Positions 54,982-64,000 of a stretch of DNA of 64,000 nt are shown here, piece by piece. Each line of letters starts with the position of its first letter. Position 1 is the stretch's first letter. The DNA is from Camelus ferus (Eukaryota): contig NC_045707.1 in assembly GCF_009834535.1 (NCBI RefSeq), positions 54,934,001-54,998,000 of the forward strand, read 5' to 3'. A program made the translations under genes and the position numbers. The notes under the pieces are model-generated. The model saw only the letters and a list, made by a program, of their open reading frames with translations, ran no database searches and was not told the origin of the DNA.

Positions 54982-55864
54982 TTGCTTTCTTAATCTAAAA
55001 TTGCTTTCCTTTTTCTAATACCCTAGGGGAATCTTGCTTATTGAATTTAGATCTTTTTTCTTTTCTCATATATTTAGTACTTTAATGTTAACCCAAGCAT
55101 TCACTTATTGCTTTCACTATACCTCCTACATTTTTTAAAATATATAAATTGTTCCATCAGAAAGTTTACCATTAGTTCAAAATATTCAAAAATGTATCTT
55201 GAAATTATATTTATGACCCAAATTTTATTTAAAATTATGTTGTTTCATCTACTAATATTTTGGTGGTTTTCAGCTGTGTTTCTTTTCTAATTTTTATTTT
55301 AATTCCATTTTGGTCTGAGAATATACTTTATATGATTTTTATTATTTTAATGTGTTAGAGTATATTTTATAAATTCCCCAGAATATATATATTTTCTGAA
55401 TGTTCTATGCAAGCTTGAAAACAAGGTGTATTCTACTTTTGTTTATGGGAGTATTCTATAAATTATATCAATTTGATTGATAGTAGTTTTCATGTTAACT
55501 ATATCTTTACTGATTTTCTGTCTGCTTGATCTATCAATTACTGAAAGGAAGATGTTGAAGTATCCAGTTATATAGTGGGTTGCCTGTTTCTCCCTGCAGT
55601 TCTATCAGTTTGCCTCATGCAGTTTGACAGTGTGTTGTAAGATGCATACACAAAAAGGATTGTTGTCTTCTTGGAAAACTGCTTCCTTAATTATTGCTCC
55701 ATATTTACCCCTGATTATTTTTCTTGTTCTGAAGTCTGCTGTTTCTAAAATTAATATAGCTACTCCCTCTTCCTTTTGACTATTGTTATCACAGTATATC
55801 TTTTTTTCTTCCCTATACTTTCTTTTTCTCAATTAATCAAAACATTTTATTGGGTCATTACTCT

Positions 55865-57320
55865 GCTTTTTGTGTGTGAGTGTGTTTGTGTGGTATGATA
55901 CACACAACATTTTCCATCTAAATATTTTTAAGTTTACAGTTCAGTGGTACTAAGTACATTCACATTACTGTGTAACCATCACCATCATCCATCCCCAGAA
56001 CTCTTTTCATCTTGTGAAGCTGAAACTATATATCCACTAAAAAGTAACTCCCCATTTTCCTTTCTCCCAAGCCCACGGAAACCACCATTATACTTCTATC
56101 CACATGATTTTGTCTATTCTAAGTATCTCACATAAGTAGAATTATATTCAGTAGTTGTATTTTTTGTGATGTACTTATTTTACTTAGAATAATGCTCTTA
56201 AGCTTCAATCATGCTGTGCTATATGTCAGAATCTCTTTCCTTTATAAGGCTCAATAATATTCTACTGTGTGTATGTGTATCACATTATGCCTATTGTTCA
56301 TTTGTCAACAGATACTTGCATTGCTTCCATGTTTTAGCTATTGTGATCAATGCTACTTATAAACATGAAAATACACATACCTCTTCAAGACTCTACTTTC
56401 AGTTATATACATAGAGATATATCCAAAAGTGAAGTTGCTGAGTTATATCATAATTCTGTTTTTAATTTGTTGGAGAATCACCATATTGTTTTCCACAGAG
56501 ACTGTACTATTTTACATTCCCACCAAAAGTACACAAATGTTCTAATTTCTCCATTCTCACCAACATGTTATTTTCTTTTCTTTTTTTTTTTCATTGTATT
56601 GATTCTAATGTATGGGAGGGGTATCTCATAGTTTTGATTAGCATTTTCTTAATGATTAGTGATGCTGAGTCTCTTTATATGCACTTATTGGCCATTTATA
56701 GGTCTTCTTTAAAGAAATATTTATTTAAGACGACCCAATTTTGAATTGGATTGTTTGTTTTTTGATTGCTGAGTATGAGGGGTTTTTAAAATATATTCTG
56801 TATATCAATTCCCTATCAGATATGTGGTTTGCAAGTAATTTTACCCATTGTGTAGTTTGCCTTTTTACTCTGGGGATAGTTTTATGCACAATTTTTAAAA
56901 AAATCATGAAGTACAATTTATCTGCTTTTCTCTTTTGTTACTTTTGCCATTGGTATCATGTCCAAAAAAAAAAAAAAAAAGATTACTGTCAAACCCAATG
57001 TCATGAAGTTTTTGTCCCTTGACTTCTTCTAAGAGTTATATTGTTTTAGGTCTTACATTTAGGTACTTGATAGATATTTGAATTAAATTTGAATAAGGTG
57101 TTAGATAAGAGCTCAATTTCATTCTTTTTTATATGGATATGTAGTTTTCCCAGCACAACTTTTTTGAAAGGACAGTCTTTTCATCGTTGAATGGCATTGA
57201 CACCATTTTAATAATCATTTGCTCATATCTGTAAGGCTTTTTTCTGGGCTGTCTATTCATCTTCCTAATCCATGAACATGAAATGTACTTCCATTCAGTT
57301 ATTTCACCTCCTTGATTAAG
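55865..57320 (-). mobile_element. L1MA/L1MB-type 3' region
   Basis: aagtttacagttcagtggtactaagtacattcacattactgtgtaaccatcacc; minus ORF 56725..56916 (RVKRQTTQWVKLLANHISDRELIYRIY) is ORF2-like. Confidence 0.88.
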
Positions 57321-60300
57321 TAAAGTCTTTAAGTTTTTTAAAATCCAGAATAAACTATTGAAGTTTAAAATCTATAACAAAAGCCAACAGACAAATAAAA
57401 TGGATTGTTAAAATATTTGATTAAAGAAAAAGAGGCAAGTAACAAGAAGCAGAAGAAAAATCTGATGTGACAACTAGAAAACAAAGAGCAATATAGTATA
57501 TATAAATTGAAATTATTACTATAACCTTGAGTCTATCATCTGTTGTTTATTTTCTATTGATTTCCTTTTAATACTTCCTTCCCAATTTTTTGTCTTCACT
57601 TGCAGTAAGCAAGCATTTATTACTATATTTTTCCTTTGGAAAAAAATGAAATAATTAAGACTACATTTATCTACCTATCTATATTTAACTATCATGATGA
57701 CCATTTGTTCAACTTTATAACACTTTATTGAAGAACATTAAAATTGAAAAGTATAGCATATTCCTGAGTGTCAGTATTACAAATAGAGCATATATTTCAT
57801 AACATATATTTTTAATAAATATAGAACTTAGGTGAATAATTATTAAAAATGAAAAATTATTGAGAATAATTAAGTATAATTTGCCTTACATGATGATATC
57901 ACTTACTAGAATCATTCTAAAAGTATGTATGTTCCAGACAAGAAATAAAGAAAAGGACTGAATATATATAATAAAGGGGGACTCATTTTGTGCTAAAATA
58001 GATGTTGTAGTTTAATGTAAAGCTTTAAAAACTTGGATAATTAATTCATACAAAATTAAGTTCCACTATATTAAAATGTAAAATTGAAATTATGGGATAG
58101 TTGGAGTGTTCTGTATATCTCAGATAAATTCAAAGAAAAATAATTAACTATTAAAAATATTTGCATCACATGTAACAATTAAAACATTATAGACAGACAG
58201 TTCATTAAGTGCATATATCCATTTAATATGAAAGGATATGCACCTAATAGAAAAAAATACAAACGATTTTATTAAGCTATTCAAAAAAATAAACTTCAAA
58301 TCAAATAAACATTGGTCACTCACTACTTAAAGAGATGCAATGATCAATGAAACTCTCTGAAAACTTCTTTATTCACTTGTCAGAAATTAATAAAATGTAT
58401 AACTCCTAAAGACAGCAAAGAGTACTCTCACACATTACTTGTGGAAATAAGGTTCATTATAGTTTTTTGGACAAATATATTTGTAATATTGTTTTTAAAC
58501 AATGATCCTCTGGCTTTCTGTCGGTGAGAAAAAATTTTTTTAAATTCATTAAAAAAGTATAAATAAACAAAAAGATCTATAGTTACATGACTGGAGGGTT
58601 CTGAACAGAATCTAAATGTTCATTAGGAAGGGAAAGATGAATATGCTGCATTATAACCACACTATTGAGTACTATGGTGCCATTAAAAGGAATCCATAGA
58701 TGTGGAAAAATCCTGATGATATATTCATAAGTAAATAAGGTGCTGAAAAACATCAGAAATACTATCACACTTTATAAAATAAGATTTGAAAAATTATTTT
58801 ATGTATATAAGAATATTTTATGTATATACATGTATATTTTGAAAAAACCTTGGAAAAGATTAGGGCATCAAGGCACCAAGATGTTCCTATTGATTATGTT
58901 CATTAGGGTATCAGGAAAAGAAAGGAATAGGAGATATATGAAGAGGAAAAAAAATCTATAAATAAATGGGAAAATACCTTGTTTTCTATTGGTAAATAAA
59001 AATGCATAGTATAAAATTGTCATTGTAATACTTCCATAAATACGTTAAATATGCAAATAAATAACTAAAAACTTAAATGGAACAATAAATATGCTGGTTT
59101 TATTAGGTGATGACAGTGTGGATAATTTGCATTTTAAATTACTCTCATTATTTAAATATTGTTTTTACAGTAAACTGTTTCTTTATACCTACAAAAGAAA
59201 GACAATCAACAAAAAAGATAGTAAGAAAGAAAATAATTGCTAGGTTCTATAATAAAGCCATAGGAATCATTACTGTGGATAACTTATCTAGAAATAAAAC
59301 AATAGCTACTTACTTTTAATCCATAATCATTGAACATATAAATAATTTTTATTAAATATAAGCAAGCAACCAATGCATATGTGCTCATTGAAAGTATTTT
59401 TGAAAATACAGAATTAATTAGAATTTTTTTCTTCAGTTGTACCTGTACATCTCAGTACATTGTACGTACTTGTGGAAGATTATCTGTGTATTTATATGCA
59501 CGCACTTGTGCACAGCTTTGTGCGGATGTACAGGAGAGAGGGTGATGGGGAAACAGAATGAACGAAGGAGAGAGAGAGAAATTGTCATTTTATATTCATG
59601 TTATCCTACTATCTCTACTGTTCTAACAAAGCTTTTACTGGAGAAAAAGTCACAAGTTTATTGAACTAACCCTCATATATGTAAACATTAATATTACTGT
59701 GTAAAAATCTTAATTTATATAGAATTTAATTTTAAAACCTCTGTACATAGAAGTTTACACAACAGGAAAATTCCTTTAACACAGTCTTTTTATTTTTTAT
59801 CCAAGTAATATTGTGATATAAATACAGACAGAATTGAGGAAAAGTGCTGTGACAAAAATTAGAAGAAAATCTGTTTTCTTAAAAAATATTTCTCTAGAAA
59901 TATTGAGTTTAAATTCATTAATTTTTTATCTGTTAACTTGTCTGGGTCAGTTTATAAGGATAAGAATAAGGAGTTTTACTGCATATGATACAAAAACCAC
60001 TTTGTCCCTTACAAAATTTAAAGGACCTTTTACTTCTTGGATCTTGGATTACCTGGTTTTCTTTGTGCATGCTTCTATTTTGTGTTTTTTAAACAGTGTA
60101 TTTGTTTCTCAAATTTTTCTTAGACTAAGTAGATTTTATGATGTGCATAAAATGAAACACACTGTAAATACTGAAACATTTTTACTTTATGGGAAAAGCT
60201 GGAGAGTAAATGCACTTTTACCTGAATTAAAATGCTATTTTAAATGGTTGGCAAAATACACATTCATATTCAGGCTGAATTTTCTTTCTTTTTAGTTTGG

Positions 60301-62869
60301 TTTTTTTTTTTTTTTTTACTTAAAGACACACAGCAGTTGTATTTATTTAGAAGAGGAAAATATAATTCATTAATGGTGATTTTAAAAGGATTTCAAGTCT
60401 CGTTGGTGTTAAAATATTTTTACTAAGCAACTTTTTAACGAGTCAGTTGTAAATAAATCTGAAATGTAGACAGATCTAAATTTCTAACAAAATACATATG
60501 GACCCCAAGATTAATAGAAACTATATTTGGCATCACACAGTTTAGTTTATTTGAACATAAAGCTTCAGGAATATAAATGAAAAGTGTGTGTGGTTTCAGT
60601 TCTGTTGTAATTGGAAAAAAAAACTGTAGTAATTTGCATTTTGTGTTGAATGCTTTTAAGCATTATAACATTAGCATTTGCTATAGCTTGTTTATACACT
60701 TAAAAGTCTATTTTCTTCTACAGAATTTGAGGCAAACTGTAGAAAGCAATTCATCAGTTAACTCTCCTTTAGTTTCACTGAATTACATAACTGCTATTGA
60801 AAATTAATATTTTCTGTTAAAGGTATGTTCTAATTTTGCATAAATCAATATAAATGTCTATATGAAACCAATTGGAGCGTATACTGATTGCACTACAAAC
60901 CCAGAGGTAAAATGGTCCTTTTTTAAAGAGGCTTTCTGCAAGGCTCTTAGACTGCTAACTTCTATTAAGATGAAAAATTTTGATCAGCTACCTCATGGAA
61001 ATATCTCTTTACAGTTAACACCACTAGCTAGTTTTTTTTTTTTTTCATTGTGGGAATGGGAAGATTATAAAAATGTAACTAATGAGGTAAGAAAACACAA
61101 TTCCTTTTTAAATTAATACAGTGGCATTGCTGTTTCATTATATTCTTTAATTTACACTTACTTAAACCCAAAGCAGAGGTACTATTTAATCCATTTTTGA
61201 GAATGCTCCTTGTCTCATCACTATTAATAAATTTGAAACAGTAATTGCATGACCACATTGAACATGATTAGTCTCTTGATATCTATCATATTACAAATAA
61301 AAAATATCTGAAGTAACCAGGAATATAAAAACCACATAACATATATTTTCCCCATCTGAAGTATACCAGCTATCACAAAGTACAGCAGGATAAAGGAAAG
61401 ATGCTCCCTGTGTTTTTTATCTTAAAATCATATATAGGGGGAGTAATTCCAACAGGAAGGCCATTATTCAACCATCTGGACATTCACTGCTTTTCTACAT
61501 TGAGCAGATGATGTGATTTACTTATCAGAGGATACAAGAAAGAGAATGGCCCTAAGCCTCAAGCCAAAAATATATTTTAATTGTTGTATAAAGCTACTAG
61601 TCACCTAGTAGAAATGAATAAAACTGTTCACAAGAGGACAGCATCCTTAAACAATGACTCCCAAAATATCCACAAATACGATACTATTAAACACAAGATA
61701 AAAATTTTTTAAATGACACACAGCAAAAAAACAAACATACAAAAACAATGGAAAATACAACAGAATTAGGTTGATAAGTTAGCCTTACGAGGTTAAAGAA
61801 AAAAAAGACTTGTAAAATGTTGTCATTTATTTTTCCCCTATATGAAATGAATGCTTTCCTTAAAATGCTGTTTTGCAGAATTTACAAATTTATTATTTAA
61901 AATGGCATCTTCCTATTCCCTATTTTCCACTTCTTTGGTTGAGATTTTCAAGTTGCATTTTTTTTCCCCAGAATGTTGTGTCGCACATCTAGCCATATTA
62001 TATGTTATATAAAATAATGTTTTTGACAGCTTGCAAACAAGAATATATGAATTCTGTTAGAAGAGAAAAATTGTCATTGATTTAAAGATAAATTAGTTTC
62101 TGTTGCTTACTTGTCTTTTTATATAAAAGTCAAAATACTTCTGTGACAGTCTTGAATGCATACTGTGCTACTATTTCCTATACATAATGATAATACATTC
62201 CAACCTGTGATTTTCCTGAGGTTTATCATATCAACATGAAACTATGTGAATAAAACATGTCTATGACCTATGAAATGTTTCATAAATATTTGTGCTTTCA
62301 TTAATTTATTTTTAATTTCCAAATGTATGCAAGAAGGGATTTTTGAGTATTGTAACAGCAAATAAAATGGCAAAATTTGGATGAGTGAATGAAAGGGAAG
62401 TGGAGAAAAATGGGAAATAATAGTAAAACTCATAGTGGCATATAGATATACCTGTATCTATAAAAGAAAAGAGCCACAAATCTGATCATAAGCTTTCTCA
62501 TTGTCATCATTGAATGGGAATATTTATCTATTATGAATGCACAGCATTAGTGGGATAAAATTATATTGATCCATCAGAGGATTTACAATAAATCTTAGTA
62601 TTAGCATCAGTAGAAATTTTTCCCAGTAGCCTTCAGATAAATAATTTTTGTGTAGTTATAGTTAATTATTTGTTATTTTATGTTTACAATGTATTTTATA
62701 ACAATCTTTTCTGATTTCAATTAAATATTGAAGAAATACAATACAATTTTTTCTAACATATGTGGAGGGTATAAAGTATGACAGTAATTCAGTCCCCTTT
62801 GTAGCTATTACCCAACTTGAGAGAACCCATAACCATTTCACTATGAGAACCCTTCTTACCAAAGGTTAT

Positions 62870-63990
62870 GTTCTCTCTGAATTTTGTTTCCTCTGGCAAA
62901 AAGCTTATTTCACCATATGAATTTGTTATACCAAATTATAGAGTATATATTTTTATGTTTTTTTGAAATATGTACAGATTGAATAGTATAATATTATATT
63001 TTCTTCTCTGATTTTCCCCTTAATAGTGTAATAATATGTTGAGATTCATGTTGATGATTTAGCTAAAGTTAATTTACTCTACTTCAGGAATATACCATTG
63101 TGTGTGTGTGTGTGTGTGTTTTCCTTTTGATATTTTCTCTTACAGACTTTTGCTGCTAAATATTACTAGCAAAAATTTCTCATATATATTTTCTAATATA
63201 CAAATAAAGACCGTCTTCTCCCCAACTTATATGTCTTAAAAAAAAGAACCTAAAAAGTAAAATATTGTCAAATTATTTTTCATCAGCATTTCTCTCTTCC
63301 ACATGCTTACCAACTATTGCAATATTTAGATTTTTCTTTTTGTTCTTTTTTTCTTTAAATATTTACTGATCTATTAAGTTTATGTGGAAACATTGTGGTT
63401 TTAGTTCCACTTCTGATTATAAATTAAGTAAAAAAATTTACATAATTCTTTCCACTTTTATGTCTTCAAATACCTTTAGAAAAATGTGTCCATTTCCTTA
63501 TGAGTTTTTTAATCTTTGCCTAAACATATATTATATATATATATATTCTATATATGTAAAATAGTGTAATGTAAAAGATATTACAGATACATATCACATT
63601 CTAGAATATATATAGCCCACATATTATGTGTATATATATATATATCATATTATTGGTATGAATCCCTTGTTAGGTTTGTGTGGCAAATGTCTATTTACCA
63701 GTGTGTGGCTTGTCTTTTCACTCTCCTTATGACGTCTTTAATGAATAGATGTTAGTAATTTTATAAGAGTAGAACTTATCAATATAATTTCTGTTGGTTT
63801 ATATCCTTTCACAACTAAAAATTACAGATTTGTGTGCATATACTGTATATGTGTAGAATACATAGTTTTAAGTTGCATAGATTTTCCTTTAACATTTAAG
63901 TTAATTAAACTATTTGGTTTTTTTTTTAGTATGATTTACTATTTATTGAGAAGGACTTTATTTCATTATTGATCTGCCCTGCCGACTGTC
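62870..63990 (-). mobile_element. Old L1ME-type fragment
   Basis: gttgagattcatgttg...atttaccagtgtgtggcttgtcttttcactctccttatgacgtcttt; includes (TG)n at 63099-63119. Confidence 0.6.
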
Positions 63991-64000
63991 ACTTATTGTG

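Larger units (their letters stand above)
51630..55830 (-). mobile_element. Long old L1M (L1MC/MD-type) 3'UTR and ORF2 fragments with nested insertions
   Basis: ttgatcacctggctgaggtagtatttgtcaggttctccact; continuous antisense ORF2 text; minus ORFs 54110..54304 (FSATPNRI..F.DIDKL.LKFTW) and 55605..55832 (GVAILI...DF). Confidence 0.85.

Noticed and set aside
54739..55018. Poly-Ser and Leu/Pro-rich ORFs
   Set aside because: Translations of the (TCC/TCT)n simple repeat inside an L1 relic
59834..60295. 153-aa ORF, the longest in the track
   Set aside because: Non-ATG start, composition expected from AT-rich non-coding DNA, no recognisable domain or splice context
1..64000. CRISPR arrays, operons, rRNA or tRNA genes
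   Set aside because: Sequence is mammalian repeat-rich DNA; no regularly spaced repeat-spacer array or structural RNA gene was seen

Overview
AT-rich, gene-poor eutherian mammal genomic DNA, either intergenic or deep intronic. No intact protein-coding gene, RNA gene or convincing exon was recognised. The ORF track consists of LINE-1 remnants, simple repeats and chance ORFs. The window is a layered mosaic of transposable elements: ancient L1M, L2 and MIR fragments; MaLR (MLT1), ERVL (MLT2, LTR33-like) and ERV1 LTRs; Tigger and MER3-type DNA transposon relics; and younger L1 3' ends resembling cetartiodactyl, probably camelid, L1. No Alu, B1/B2, Can-SINE, PRE-1 or BovB/Bov-tA was recognised. 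The most notable structures are: (1) a poly(A)-tailed, TSD-flanked retrocopy of only the predicted R region of an ERV1 LTR (47800-47990), related to a complete solo LTR at 7880-8517; (2) a TSD-flanked L1 that keeps its 5' end and ORF1 but lacks almost all of ORF2 (HAL1-like architecture, 10313-13519) and carries a nested L1; (3) a 5'-inverted (twin-primed) L1 with a perfect 14-bp TSD (49617-50474). Repeat family names come from recalled consensus motifs, not from a database search, and boundaries of old elements are approximate.
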